Assembly (NCBI GenBank): GCA_026396805.1
Contig: JAPLVZ010000004.1
Location: 13,601 to 77,600, forward strand
Reading direction: 5' to 3'
Origin: Candidatus Falkowbacteria bacterium
Lineage (GTDB): Bacteria; Patescibacteriota; Patescibacteriia; Patescibacteriales; UBA12465
Length of the DNA stretch: 64,000 bases
Numbering within the stretch: position 1 is the first letter of the stretch; each line of letters begins with the position of its first letter. Shown here in pieces: positions 28,649-39,123 of the stretch. Under the pieces are notes generated by a model, which did no database searches, was not told the DNA's origin, and worked only from the letters and a program-made list of their open reading frames with translations. A program made the translations under genes and the position numbers.

Positions 28649-29911
28649 ATGCCAAAATTCATTATCACCGGCGGAAACAAGCTCAACGGCGAAATCATAG
28701 TCAGCGGAGCTAAAAACGCCGCCTTGAAGATTATTCCGGCGGCGATTCTCTCTCCAGAGACCATTACTATCAATAATATTCCGGATATCGAAGACATCGG
28801 GAAATCTTTTGATTTGCTGGCTGATTTAGGAGCGGAAATAACTCATAACGGCTCTCAAGCGACCATCAATACTAAAAATATCAGTAAGACCGAATTATCG
28901 TCTAAGCTGGCGGATAAATTCCGAACCTCGGTGATGTTTGTCGGACCGCTTCTGGCTCGTTTCGGCGAAGTTAAGTTCCCTCATCCCGGCGGTTGCGTCA
29001 TCGGCGCCGGCAGCCGACCGATAGATCTTTTTTTGGAAGGATTCAGGGTTTTCGGAGCGACCGTCGAGGAAGAAAGCGGAAAATATTATCGTGTCAGCGC
29101 TAAAAAATTAAAACCGGCGAATTATTTTTTCTCCTGTATCAGCGTTACGGCGACGGAAAGCCTGATGATGACCGCTTGTCTGATCCCGGGTAAAAGCGTC
29201 CTGGGAAACTGCGCCATGGAACCGGAAATTGAAGCGCTCGCCGATTATTTAAATAGTCAGGGCGCGAAAATCAGCGGCGCCGGAACGCCGACTATAATTA
29301 TCGAGGGGGTAGAAGCGCTTAAGGCCGGAGTTTTTGATATCATTCCCGACCGCATTGAAACCGGCTCTTTCGCGATTATGGCGGCGGCAACCGGCTCGGA
29401 AATAAAAATAATAAAATGCAATCCCGCTCATATCTTGAGCTTACTGACTATCTTTGATAAAATCGGAGTCAAATATGAAAAAGGCGACGACTGGCTGTTA
29501 ATGAAACCCTCTAAAAATATCTTAAGTTATGATATCAAGACTCATGAATACCCCGGCTTCCCGACCGACCTGCAGTCTCCTTATGCCGTCTTAATGACTC
29601 AAGCCCGAGGCAATTCGCTTATCCAGGAAACTATTTATGACCGCCGCCTCTTATGGACGGATATGCTGTCGCAGATGGGCGCCAGTATCATCATGTGCGA
29701 TCCGCATCGCGTTGTCATCGCCGGCCCGACCCGATTATTCGGCAAACGCTTAATCAGCCCGGATATCCGCGCCGGCATCGCGCTCGTCATCGCCGCGCTT
29801 ATCGCCGCCGGAACGACGGAAATAGACAATATCTATCAAATCGATCGCGGCTACGAAAAACTCGATGCCCGGCTTAGAAAATTAGGCGCCGATATTCAGC
29901 GCCTTGATTAA
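28649..29911 (+). CDS. murA: UDP-N-acetylglucosamine 1-carboxyvinyltransferase
   Basis: SGAKNAAL, PGGCVIG, PDRIETG, YPGFPTDLQ, DIRAG, IDRGYE. Confidence 0.97.
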   Translation: MPKFIITGGNKLNGEIIVSGAKNAALKIIPAAILSPETITINNIPDIEDIGKSFDLLADLGAEITHNGSQATINTKNISKTELSSKLADKFRTSVMFVGPLLARFGEVKFPHPGGCVIGAGSRPIDLFLEGFRVFGATVEEESGKYYRVSAKKLKPANYFFSCISVTATESLMMTACLIPGKSVLGNCAMEPEIEALADYLNSQGAKISGAGTPTIIIEGVEALKAGVFDIIPDRIETGSFAIMAAATGSEIKIIKCNPAHILSLLTIFDKIGVKYEKGDDWLLMKPSKNILSYDIKTHEYPGFPTDLQSPYAVLMTQARGNSLIQETIYDRRLLWTDMLSQMGASIIMCDPHRVVIAGPTRLFGKRLISPDIRAGIALVIAALIAAGTTEIDNIYQIDRGYEKLDARLRKLGADIQRLD

Positions 29912-29919
29912 CACTATTT

Positions 29920-31248
29920 ATGCCCAAAAAAACCCGCGACTATATCTTTTATTTTTTTATTTTCTTTTTTATTACTGGCACGGTTTTGATATCCCTCTAT
30001 GCTTCCGGCTATAAATTCAATTTAAGCTGGCCGCTTAAATTCAATCGCGTCCTTATCAAGACCGGCATGATTGCCGTCGATACCGTTCCGAGCGGCGCAA
30101 TCGTTTATCTCGATGATAAGCCGCAGGCTAATTTTTCTCTCAACCCGTTTAAAAAGGAATACCTGACGACGGCGGTCAAGGTCAAAAATGTCCTGCCGGG
30201 CGAATATGATCTGCGCTTGGAGCGCGCCGGTTATTGGCCTTTCCAAAAAAAAATAAGCGTTTACTCCGGACAGACGACTTTCGCGGAAGATATCAATCTT
30301 TTTCGCAGCAGCACGCCTTTATTGCTCGCCGCCGAGGGCGAGACGGAAACGCAACTAAGCGCCAATCGGAAATATCTTTACATCCCGCTGGCTAAAAAAA
30401 TAATAACTTTAAAAAATGGTGAAGCCAGAATAATCCCTACCGCCAGCTCGGAATCTTCCTGGCTGAAAAACGAAGATAAATTATTTTCGTCCGGAAATAT
30501 TTACGGAATAAACCCGGAGGGCGACCTTAATTATCAACGTTTAATCGGAGCGGAAGCGGATAATTGGTATTTGGACGAAGACCAAAATCGCCTCTATTAT
30601 CAGGGTAATAACTCAATCAGTTATCTTAAACTGGCCAATAAAACGAGCGTTTTGGCAGTTAGCGGCGAAACATATAGCACTTACGAACCGAGGAATGAAA
30701 ATCTTTTTTTCGTCGCCTCGGATTCGGGGAAAGTTTCCGCCAAAAAATATTCGCTGGACTCTCAAAAAATTGAAAGCGAGTTAAGCTTGCCGGCCATCGG
30801 CCAATATGAATTCCGTTACGACGGGGTTAAATCGTTGGTTCTTTATGACAGCCTTAATAAGACTCTTTATATCTTAAATCCCGACAATATCCAAAGCGGC
30901 CTGCAGACGATAAAGAACATTATCAGCTGGCAGTGGGTCGACGAGAATACTCTGCTTTACAATAACGGCTGGGAAATATATCGCTTCAATCTCAAGACCG
31001 GAGGCTCGGACTTATTGACGCGCGTCGGCGAAGAGATAACAAAAATAATTTGGAATGGTGACAGTGGTTATCTAATATTTTCAACCGCCAATAGTTTGAA
31101 CGCTCTGGATATAAAAATGAACGCCGCCACTAAGATTTTCCAAACCGACAAGATTTCCGGAATGACCATAGACGAAAAAAATAATATCCTTTACTTCTGG
31201 GCGCAAATCGGGTCGGAAGCGGGAGTGTATAAAATGATTTTGCAGTAA
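29920..31248 (+). CDS. Membrane-anchored PEGA-domain protein with probable C-terminal beta-propeller
   Basis: N-terminal TM + YASGY, TGMIAVDTVPSGAIVYLD, LPGEYDLRLERAGY. Confidence 0.8.
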   Translation: MPKKTRDYIFYFFIFFFITGTVLISLYASGYKFNLSWPLKFNRVLIKTGMIAVDTVPSGAIVYLDDKPQANFSLNPFKKEYLTTAVKVKNVLPGEYDLRLERAGYWPFQKKISVYSGQTTFAEDINLFRSSTPLLLAAEGETETQLSANRKYLYIPLAKKIITLKNGEARIIPTASSESSWLKNEDKLFSSGNIYGINPEGDLNYQRLIGAEADNWYLDEDQNRLYYQGNNSISYLKLANKTSVLAVSGETYSTYEPRNENLFFVASDSGKVSAKKYSLDSQKIESELSLPAIGQYEFRYDGVKSLVLYDSLNKTLYILNPDNIQSGLQTIKNIISWQWVDENTLLYNNGWEIYRFNLKTGGSDLLTRVGEEITKIIWNGDSGYLIFSTANSLNALDIKMNAATKIFQTDKISGMTIDEKNNILYFWAQIGSEAGVYKMILQ

Positions 31249-31266
31249 TTGAAAGATGATTAAAGA

Positions 31267-31302
31267 TTAAAAAAGGGACAGAAAAAATCTGCCCCTTTTT
31301 AA
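31267..31302. terminator. Bidirectional terminator
   Basis: AAAAAAGGG.CAGA...TCTG.CCCTTTTT between convergent genes. Confidence 0.65.
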
Positions 31303-31338
31303 TATCGTATTCGCTATTTATTATTCGCTCAACATCAA

Positions 31339-32211
31339 CTATTTTGCCAACCCATTAATCAACTTCTGCAAATCAGCGCTAATCTCCTTGTCTTTCAAGC
31401 CGAATTTCAAGGACGCTTTCAAAAAATTAAATTTATTGCCGGTGTCCAGCCATTCGCCCTCTATCTTTTTGCCGTAAAGCGGCTTTCCCTGACTAAGCAT
31501 TTCATCATAAGCGTCGGCCAAGCGTATTTCTCCGGACTTGCCCGATTTCATCGTCTTTAAAATTTTCATAACCGCCGGCGAAATAACATTCAAACCGACT
31601 TGGACTAAGTTAGAAGGAGCGGCTTCAATTGACGGCTTCTCCACAAATTTTTTAATTTCATAAACGCCGCCACCCAAATCCACGCCGTCAATAACGCCGA
31701 AAGTATTTAAGACTTTCTTTTCCACTTCCGATAAACCGATGACCGTATCGCCGTATTTTTCATAAACCGCTATAACTTGCTTGGCGGCGGCCGCGCAATC
31801 ATCATATAAAGTATCCCCAAACCAAACCAAGACCGCTTCATCTTCCTCAATTAGATGCGCCGCGCAATTGACAGCGTGCCCGTCACCCAAAGGAATCGGC
31901 TGACGAACGTAAGAAAATTTCGCCAAATTTTCAATTTTTCTAACTTTCTCCAATAAATCAAGCTTATTCTTCTCCACTAAGTTCTTTTCCAGCTCAAAAG
32001 AGTGATCAAAGTGATCTTCAATCGCCCGCTTGCCGCGGCCGGTGACAAAAATAATCTCTTCAATGCCGGCCGCCACCGCTCCCTCCACTAAATATTGGAT
32101 AGTCGGCTTGTCTAAAACCGGCAGCATCTCTTTGGGCTGGGCTTTAGTCGCCGGCAAGAAGCGCGTACCGAAACCCGCGACCGGGAATATTGCTTTTCTA
32201 ATTTTTTTCAT
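31339..32211 (-). CDS. galU: UTP-glucose-1-phosphate uridylyltransferase
   Basis: KAIFPVAGFGTRFLPATKAQPKEMLP, IEDHFD, VEKP. Confidence 0.95.
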   Translation of the reverse strand: MKKIRKAIFPVAGFGTRFLPATKAQPKEMLPVLDKPTIQYLVEGAVAAGIEEIIFVTGRGKRAIEDHFDHSFELEKNLVEKNKLDLLEKVRKIENLAKFSYVRQPIPLGDGHAVNCAAHLIEEDEAVLVWFGDTLYDDCAAAAKQVIAVYEKYGDTVIGLSEVEKKVLNTFGVIDGVDLGGGVYEIKKFVEKPSIEAAPSNLVQVGLNVISPAVMKILKTMKSGKSGEIRLADAYDEMLSQGKPLYGKKIEGEWLDTGNKFNFLKASLKFGLKDKEISADLQKLINGLAK

Positions 32212-32229
32212 ATTATTATTGATTTTAAT

Positions 32230-33033
32230 CTAATTTTTAAATCCCCATTTAGCGAAATATTTCAGCCAAGAATTAATATGCCGCCAGGCCAGTTTGTCGA
32301 CGAATAAAGCTAAATACCAGGGGTACCTGGCGCTTTGGCGCTGATGGTCATGAATAACGACCGCTTCCGGATTATAAACGACTTTTAATCCGTTAGACCA
32401 GAATTGGCGCGCCAGATCCGTATCTTCAAAATACATGAAATAACGTTTGTCAAAGCGCGGTCGGAAAATCCGACCGTCCACCAAACGGATTTCTTTATAA
32501 AACATTAGGCACGAACCCATCAGCCAATCAACCGGAACGATGGAATTATGGTCAAAATCGTTCATGGTAAAACTATCGCGCGCCTCTTTAAAATATTTGC
32601 CCAAGGAAGTCCGGCGCAAAAAAGGCATGAAGAAACGCGGCCAGCGGGAGCAAGAATATTGCAAGGAGCCGTCGGGATATAGTAATTTCGGACCGATTAA
32701 GCCGGTCTCCGGATTGTTTTTTAAATAATTTAACAAGATAACCAGAGCTTTGTCTTTAATGACGGTATCGGGATTAAGGACAAGCACGAAGGGCGCGGAC
32801 GCCGCATTGATTCCCAGATTATTGCCGCCTCCCATGCCTAAATTTTTGGGGCTCGCAATTATTTTTATGTTCGGCCAGCGCGTTTGGATATCGCTTAAAT
32901 CATCGCCGGAAGCATTATCCACGACGATTATTTCATAGACTAAACCGCCCGGCTCCGCCTGAAAAATAGATTCCAAGCAATTAATGAGCTTAGCTTTGTT
33001 TTTATAATTAACGATGATTATTGATAAATCCAT
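32230..33033 (-). CDS. Glycosyltransferase family 2
   Basis: SIIIVNY, VVDNAS, LNPD, YFMYFEDTD. Confidence 0.92.
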   Translation of the reverse strand: MDLSIIIVNYKNKAKLINCLESIFQAEPGGLVYEIIVVDNASGDDLSDIQTRWPNIKIIASPKNLGMGGGNNLGINAASAPFVLVLNPDTVIKDKALVILLNYLKNNPETGLIGPKLLYPDGSLQYSCSRWPRFFMPFLRRTSLGKYFKEARDSFTMNDFDHNSIVPVDWLMGSCLMFYKEIRLVDGRIFRPRFDKRYFMYFEDTDLARQFWSNGLKVVYNPEAVVIHDHQRQSARYPWYLALFVDKLAWRHINSWLKYFAKWGFKN

Positions 33034-33057
33034 ATTAAATAATTTCTTTTCATCCGG

Positions 33058-34125
33058 TTAAATAATTTTTCTTACTAAGCTCCAATACCAGGCCATCAGT
33101 GGATTGCCGATATATTTTAAGAGCGGATTGGCGATTTCCTGGAATTCAATCCGCCCGGAAAAATTGCGGGCGATTTCGGAAAATTTAATGACGCTAATTT
33201 TTTTAATCTCTCGTCTGGCGTCACGGATTTTTACATAAGTGGAATAACGACTGAAATAAATCCAAATTTTCAGTTCTTCCTTGAACCAGCCGCCAAAAAT
33301 AGAATAAAAGAACATAACAATATCCATGGCCGCTCCGGCCAGACCGACAAGCAAAAACAGTCGCGCCGGATAAAATATTAGAAGAGTCAAATAACGGTTA
33401 CGCTCCATACAATAGAACATCCGGACACTTCGGGAAAATTCATATTTATGGAAAATGACGGACCGCGGCGCTAAGACTATCTTATACCCGGCCAGCCGGA
33501 CTTTCAAGCTTAATTCTAAATCATCATGATACATGTAAAATTCCTCCTGGTAGCCGCCGACTTTTTTAAAGACTTCGGCCCGAATAATAAAAGAACAACC
33601 GCTCGCATAACCTTTAATTTCCGGATAACCGATAATTTCTCTATCCGTTTCGCCGTAGCCGGAAGTAAAACCGAAACCTAAGAAATGGATAATATTGCCT
33701 AAGCTATTAATGCGCGGATTTTCCCGGGCCTCTTCGGAACGCGGAAATAATAAAATTTTGGATTGAGCTATCGCCGCTTCCGGGTTACTGTCCAGAGCTT
33801 TTACCAATTCCGACAACCAGCTCGGAGTCGTTTCCGTATCCATATTAACCGATACCAGATATTCACAGCCGTCGCTTATCGCCTGGTTCAAACCTAAATT
33901 ACTAGCCGCCGCGTAATTACCGTCCGGACGAGTTAAGATTCGCGCTTCCGGATAATTCATTTTTAAATATTCGAATGTTTCCGAAGTTGAGGCGTTATCA
34001 ACAATATAAATATTCATCATTTCGGCCGGATAATCCTGGGCGCGCAAAGAATCGCGACAGGCGTTTAAAAAGCGCGCCGCGTAGTCTTGATAATTTATTA
34101 GAATAATCCCGATTTTCTTGGGCAT
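33058..34125 (-). CDS. Glycosyltransferase family 2
   Basis: IVDNAS, NYAAASN, FYMYHDDLELS. Confidence 0.92.
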   Translation of the reverse strand: MPKKIGIILINYQDYAARFLNACRDSLRAQDYPAEMMNIYIVDNASTSETFEYLKMNYPEARILTRPDGNYAAASNLGLNQAISDGCEYLVSVNMDTETTPSWLSELVKALDSNPEAAIAQSKILLFPRSEEARENPRINSLGNIIHFLGFGFTSGYGETDREIIGYPEIKGYASGCSFIIRAEVFKKVGGYQEEFYMYHDDLELSLKVRLAGYKIVLAPRSVIFHKYEFSRSVRMFYCMERNRYLTLLIFYPARLFLLVGLAGAAMDIVMFFYSIFGGWFKEELKIWIYFSRYSTYVKIRDARREIKKISVIKFSEIARNFSGRIEFQEIANPLLKYIGNPLMAWYWSLVRKII

Positions 34126-34126
34126 T

Positions 34127-34963
34127 TTATTTTACAAAAACTTTCACTACCCCCCAAGCCGCTTTTAATAAAAGATACTCCCATTTCTTTCCCCACTTCT
34201 TAAAATATTTTAACATCGAATCCCTAAAATATTCTTGAGCGACACCTCTTTTTACTTGGCTAAAACTGGCGCCGATATAATCCAGGCACTGCGCGGCCGG
34301 CGTATACCAGACTTCGCCGCCTAACTGATAAATCTGACGGCAAAAATCGACTTCTTCAAACCAAATAAAATAACGTTCGTCCAAAAGCGGCGCGTCCAGC
34401 CCGCTGATTTTTTTATATCGCTCACGATTAATAAGAAAAAAGGCGCCGCGGATAGAATCGACTTTAGCGGCCGCTTCATAATTGAATTTCGCGTTCAAAT
34501 ATCCGTTCACGATTCCGGGAAAAAGATGCGGTATTTTTAAAGTTACCATCAGTTGATCCCAAAATCTCGGCCAGCGGCGCACTTGCTTAACGATATTTCC
34601 TTTTTCATCAATCAACTTACAACCGCAGACCGTCGCCTGCGGATTAGAGTTTGCCCAAGCCAAAATATTTTTCAAAGTATCGGGGTACACGCGCATATCC
34701 GGATTAAGCAATAAAATAAATTTTCCGGAAGCTAATTTAAGCGCTTGATTATTCGCTTTAGCAAAACCTAAATTTTCCGGATTGGCAATAAGGCGAATAA
34801 GCGGAAATTCCGCCGTGATCATGGCCGCGCTCCCGTCTCCGGAATTATTATCCACGACCAGAACTTCAAACTTAAAATCTCCTTCGGATTTAAATAAGGA
34901 AATCAGGTTCTCTCTTAATTTATCTTTAACGTTCCAGGAAACGATAATGATTGATAAATCCAT
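34127..34963 (-). CDS. Glycosyltransferase family 2
   Basis: SIIIVSWN, VVDNNSGDGS, NLGFAKANN, LLNPD, FIWFEEVD. Confidence 0.92.
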   Translation of the reverse strand: MDLSIIIVSWNVKDKLRENLISLFKSEGDFKFEVLVVDNNSGDGSAAMITAEFPLIRLIANPENLGFAKANNQALKLASGKFILLLNPDMRVYPDTLKNILAWANSNPQATVCGCKLIDEKGNIVKQVRRWPRFWDQLMVTLKIPHLFPGIVNGYLNAKFNYEAAAKVDSIRGAFFLINRERYKKISGLDAPLLDERYFIWFEEVDFCRQIYQLGGEVWYTPAAQCLDYIGASFSQVKRGVAQEYFRDSMLKYFKKWGKKWEYLLLKAAWGVVKVFVK

Positions 34964-35002
34964 ATATTAGCAAATTTGAGCTATATAATTGATAAACTCG
35001 GG

Positions 35003-35269
35003 TTAACGGCTGATCTTGATAAGTTTCAATCTGGCACCGGCGCCGCTGATAATTTTTATATCTCCTTTAGCGACGCCAAACGCTTTCGCTAAATATTTAA
35101 TAAGTTCTAAATTGGCCTTACCCCTCTCCGGCACGGCCGCCACTGCGATTTTTAGGGTTCCGTCCTCCATTTCTTCCACAAACCCGGTTTTCCCGGCCCC
35201 GGCCAAAACTTTAATCCTTAAGTAAATTTCTTTATTATCAGCCAAATTTTTTATATATTTCTCTAACAT
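35003..35269 (-). CDS. DUF167/YggU family protein
   Basis: LKIAVAAVPERGKANLELIKYLA...IISG. Confidence 0.85.
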   Translation of the reverse strand: MLEKYIKNLADNKEIYLRIKVLAGAGKTGFVEEMEDGTLKIAVAAVPERGKANLELIKYLAKAFGVAKGDIKIISGAGARLKLIKISR

Positions 35270-35438
35270 ATAAATAACATCTAGTCAAATAAAACCCGCC
35301 TAAATCATATCTATAGTTTAACCTCTTTTCTGGCTTTTTAAAAGCCCAAACGGAATAGAAAAACGCATCTGTCAAGATTTATTTTATTTAAATAATAGGT
35401 TAAGATATAAGTGCTTTTAAACTATTTAAATTAATTTT

Positions 35439-35948
35439 ATGGCCGGGGAAAATGAGGTTAAAAAAGAGGTTTACCGACGCCCTTCTTGGGATGAATATTT
35501 CATGAGAATCATGGAAGTTGTCAGCAGCCGCGGAACTTGCGATCGCGGAAGGACCGGTAGTGTTATCACTAAAAATAATCGGATTGTCTCAACCGGCTAT
35601 GTCGGTTCGCCAATCGGCTTGCCGCATTGCGACGAGGTCGGTCATGAAATGCATACGGTTATCAACGAAGACGGTACGCAAAGCCGGCATTGTATTCGCA
35701 CCACCCATCACGAACAAAACGCCATCTGCCAAGCGGCTCGCTACGGCATTGCCTTAGACGGAGCGACTTTATATTGTAAGATGACTCCTTGCTATACCTG
35801 CGCGAAAATGATTATCAACACCGGCATCAAGCGCGTCGTTTGCGCTCAAGATTATCATGCCGGGCAAAAAAGCAAAGAAATATTTAAAACAGCGGGAGTT
35901 GATTATCTCTTATTGGACGAAGCGGTCGTGAAATACGAAGACCAATAA
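35439..35948 (+). CDS. dCMP deaminase (ComEB family)
   Basis: RPSWDEYFM, RGTC.R, STGY, HHEQNAI, PCYTC zinc motifs. Confidence 0.92.
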   Translation: MAGENEVKKEVYRRPSWDEYFMRIMEVVSSRGTCDRGRTGSVITKNNRIVSTGYVGSPIGLPHCDEVGHEMHTVINEDGTQSRHCIRTTHHEQNAICQAARYGIALDGATLYCKMTPCYTCAKMIINTGIKRVVCAQDYHAGQKSKEIFKTAGVDYLLLDEAVVKYEDQ

Positions 35949-35978
35949 TTTTTGAATAAATAAATCCTAGCGATATCT

Positions 35979-37268
35979 ATGTCTAATATTTTTGTCTACG
36001 ACGAATTTAATCCGGAAGACGTGGCGATGATGCAAGCGCTTTATTCGAGGAGTCCTAAAAGCGTCACCGAACACGTTGAGAAAGTAAGACAGAGCGGTTC
36101 CGGAAAATTCATGGCTACCTTTTATGTCGGTTATGGCCATGCCAGTATCGCCGATTGCGGCAGTACCACTATTTTTATTGAAAATATCAGCATCTTGGGC
36201 GACAAAGCCATCCAAGACTGGCAGTTATACAGCGGCCAAGAAACCAGCACCCGTTACATTGACATGGGTAAGCAAGAAATTATCGATCCTCTGCATACTC
36301 CGGAATCAAAAGATATCCTCGATAGCTGGATGAACTTTTATATAAATAACCAAGCCAGAATCCAACAATATCTGACAGAAAAATATCCGCGCCAGGACGG
36401 CGAAGATGAAAATATGTATCTCAAAGCGATTAAGGCGCGCGGCTTTGATACGATGCGCGGCTTTTTGCCGGCGGGAGTCGCCACTCAACTAAGCTGGCAT
36501 ACTAATCTGCGCCAGGCTTGGGATCATTTAGCGCTACTGCGCCATCATCCGCTTCTTGAAGTTCGCCAAACCGCCGAAGCCATCCTCGCTAAATTAAAAG
36601 AAAAATACGCCCATAGTTTTTCTCATATTTTAGACGAGGCGCAGGAAAAATACCGAGCCGAAACCGTTGAGAAATATTCTTATTTTCCGCCGCTGGCGCC
36701 GGTTGAATTTTCAATGGAGACGACTGTCAAAAGCGAAGAATTAAAAAAATACCAGGAAATAATAGACAAGCGGCCGCTTAAAACCGGCTTGCCGAATTTC
36801 TTGGGCGATCTGGGAACTTTCACTTTTGATTTCTTGCTGGACTTCGGGTCTTTCCGCGATATCCAGCGCCATCGCAACGGTATTTGCCGGATGCCGCTTT
36901 TGACCGCCGACCTTGGCTTTAATTCTTGGTATCTGGAGCAATTACCGGAAGATTTACGCGCCGAAGCTTTAGATTTGATTGCCAAACAAAAAACAAAACT
37001 GGATAATCTAAAAACGACGCCGGAAATAAAGCAATATTATATCGCCATGGGATTTAATGTTTCTTGCCGCCTTACCTTCCCTTTGCCGGCCGCCGCTTAT
37101 GTCATTGAACTCCGTTCCAACAAAACCGTCCATCCCTCGCTGCGCGCCATCGCTCATAAGATGCACCGGGCGGTCACAACGGCTTTTCCTAATTTAAAAT
37201 TATATTCCGATTTAGCTCTTGACGACTGGGATGTCCGTCGCGGCCTAGCTGATATCATTAAAAAATAA
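35979..37268 (+). CDS. thyX: Flavin-dependent thymidylate synthase, long tandem-type form
   Basis: YGHASIAD, QETSTRY, RDIQRHR, ELRS...HP motifs. Confidence 0.8.
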   Translation: MSNIFVYDEFNPEDVAMMQALYSRSPKSVTEHVEKVRQSGSGKFMATFYVGYGHASIADCGSTTIFIENISILGDKAIQDWQLYSGQETSTRYIDMGKQEIIDPLHTPESKDILDSWMNFYINNQARIQQYLTEKYPRQDGEDENMYLKAIKARGFDTMRGFLPAGVATQLSWHTNLRQAWDHLALLRHHPLLEVRQTAEAILAKLKEKYAHSFSHILDEAQEKYRAETVEKYSYFPPLAPVEFSMETTVKSEELKKYQEIIDKRPLKTGLPNFLGDLGTFTFDFLLDFGSFRDIQRHRNGICRMPLLTADLGFNSWYLEQLPEDLRAEALDLIAKQKTKLDNLKTTPEIKQYYIAMGFNVSCRLTFPLPAAAYVIELRSNKTVHPSLRAIAHKMHRAVTTAFPNLKLYSDLALDDWDVRRGLADIIKK

Positions 37269-37270
37269 TT

Positions 37271-37831
37271 ATGTCTAAAATCATCCTCGGTTTTACCGGC
37301 CTCATCGTCAGCGGCAAAGACACCTGTAAAATTTACGTCATGAAAAAATACGGCGCCAGCGGCCATCGCTATTCCACGATGCTCCGCGATATTTTAAACC
37401 GCCTCTACCTGCCGATTACGCGAGAGAACATGCAGGCTATCTCTTTGGACTTAAGAAACCGTTTTGGCGATGAAACGCTCGCCCGAGTTATTTCCGAAGA
37501 CGTGAAAAACGATAATCACGAAATCATCGTCATTGAAGGCATCCGCCGTTTACCGGACATCGCTTCCTTAAAAAATCTTCCCGGCTTTTATCTGATCAGT
37601 CTGGAGGCCGATATTCACACTCGTTATGAACGTTTAACTAAACGCCATGAAAACGCCGACGACGCCACGAAAACTTTTGAAGAATTCGTCGTCGACAACG
37701 GCCGCGAAGCCGAGCTTAATATTCCCGACGTTATGGCCGCGGCCAAATATCATATCAGCAACAACGGCAGTTTTGAAGAATTATACGCGCAGATAGATAA
37801 GATTATCGCCGCGATTAAAAAATCCGCTTAA
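37271..37831 (+). CDS. P-loop nucleoside monophosphate / dephospho-CoA kinase-like protein
   Basis: ILGFTGLIVSGKDT, VIEGIRR, RYER, I.NNGS. Confidence 0.75.
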   Translation: MSKIILGFTGLIVSGKDTCKIYVMKKYGASGHRYSTMLRDILNRLYLPITRENMQAISLDLRNRFGDETLARVISEDVKNDNHEIIVIEGIRRLPDIASLKNLPGFYLISLEADIHTRYERLTKRHENADDATKTFEEFVVDNGREAELNIPDVMAAAKYHISNNGSFEELYAQIDKIIAAIKKSA

Positions 37832-37853
37832 AAACGGCGAGACTTATAAAACT

Positions 37854-39122
37854 ATGAACGAATTATCCGGAAAATTCATCGTCATCGACGGCACCGACGG
37901 CAGCGGCAAGACCACGCAGCTCTGTTTGCTGAAGGCGCGTTTGGAAGAGGAAGGATATGATGTCGCCATCGCCGACTTTCCTCAATACAACACTAAATCA
38001 GCCGGCTTGGTGGAAGAATATCTGTCCGGAAAGTATGGACAGGCGGAGGAAGTTAACTCCTATCAAGCTTCCATTTTTTACGCCGTTGACCGCTACGACG
38101 CCAGTTTTAAAATTCGCCAGTGGTTGGCCGAGGGCAAGATTGTGCTGGCTAACCGCTACACCAGCGCCAACATGGGCCATCAGGGCGGTAAAATTGCCAA
38201 TCCGCTGGAAAGGAAAGTTTTTTTTAATTGGTTATATGATTTAGAATATAAAATTTTTGAGATTCCTCGTCCCGACCTATCTATCATCTTGCACGTCGAA
38301 TCGGCCGTCGCCCAGGAACTGGCCAAAACCAGAGCGCGCGAGGATTGGATCGGAAAAAAAGCCGATATTCATGAAGATAATCTGGATCATTTAAAAAAAG
38401 CGGAACTCATTTATTTGGAAATAGCTAATAGTTTCCCGGATTTTAAGCTAATCAGCTGCACTAAAAATAATGCCATATTGAGCCGGGAGGAAATCAGTCT
38501 GCTAATCTGGCCGGCGGTCAAAAAAATCATCGCCGGAGATATTTTTCAAAGTCGCGATTTCCAGGCCGTTGGCAATATCATCGGTTCCAATCGCCAAATT
38601 GTCGATAACCGGGAAATTATTTTTGACAACCGTAAGGCGAGCGAGCCAGCCATAAAAAATGATGTTAACGATGTTCCGGTTATAAAAAATAATCTTCCGG
38701 CCAAACTGATAATCGAGAAAGTCAGTCCGCAAGCCAAGTTGCCGCAAAAGGCGCATCCGGGCGATGCCGGCTATGATTTGTACGCCAATAATTATTACTC
38801 CATTCCTCCCTACGGCCAAGACCTCGTGGGTAGCGGGGTTAAGATGGTCATACCCGAGGGTTATGTCGGCTTGATCTGGGATAAAAGCGGTCTGGCTTTT
38901 CAAGGAATCAAGATGATGGGCGGAGTTATTGACTCCAATTATCGCGGCGAGATAAAAATGGTCGTCAAGAATCTAAGTGAAGACGATTTTAATATCATTC
39001 CCGGCCAGAAAATCGCTCAAATACTTATCCAACCGGTGTTGGATTTAGAAATAAGCGAAGAACCAATTATTGACGAGACCGAGCGCCAAGCCAACGGCTT
39101 CGGCAGTTCGGGTCAATTCTAA
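37854..39122 (+). CDS. tmk-dut: Fusion: thymidylate kinase + dUTPase
   Basis: N-terminal FIVIDGTDGSGKTTQ, NRY..SN-like, PRPD; C-terminal DAGYDL, KSGLA, GVIDSNYRGE, KIAQ, R..NGFGSSG. Confidence 0.9.
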   Translation: MNELSGKFIVIDGTDGSGKTTQLCLLKARLEEEGYDVAIADFPQYNTKSAGLVEEYLSGKYGQAEEVNSYQASIFYAVDRYDASFKIRQWLAEGKIVLANRYTSANMGHQGGKIANPLERKVFFNWLYDLEYKIFEIPRPDLSIILHVESAVAQELAKTRAREDWIGKKADIHEDNLDHLKKAELIYLEIANSFPDFKLISCTKNNAILSREEISLLIWPAVKKIIAGDIFQSRDFQAVGNIIGSNRQIVDNREIIFDNRKASEPAIKNDVNDVPVIKNNLPAKLIIEKVSPQAKLPQKAHPGDAGYDLYANNYYSIPPYGQDLVGSGVKMVIPEGYVGLIWDKSGLAFQGIKMMGGVIDSNYRGEIKMVVKNLSEDDFNIIPGQKIAQILIQPVLDLEISEEPIIDETERQANGFGSSGQF

Positions 39123-39123
39123 T

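Noticed and set aside
35439-35948. dCMP deaminase as an anti-phage dCTP-depletion system
   Set aside because: Short ComEB-type enzyme inside a thymidylate biosynthesis operon; a housekeeping role explains it.
39070-39123. N-terminal extension of the gatB ORF
   Set aside because: It overlaps the tmk-dut end; the real start is the ATG at 39124.
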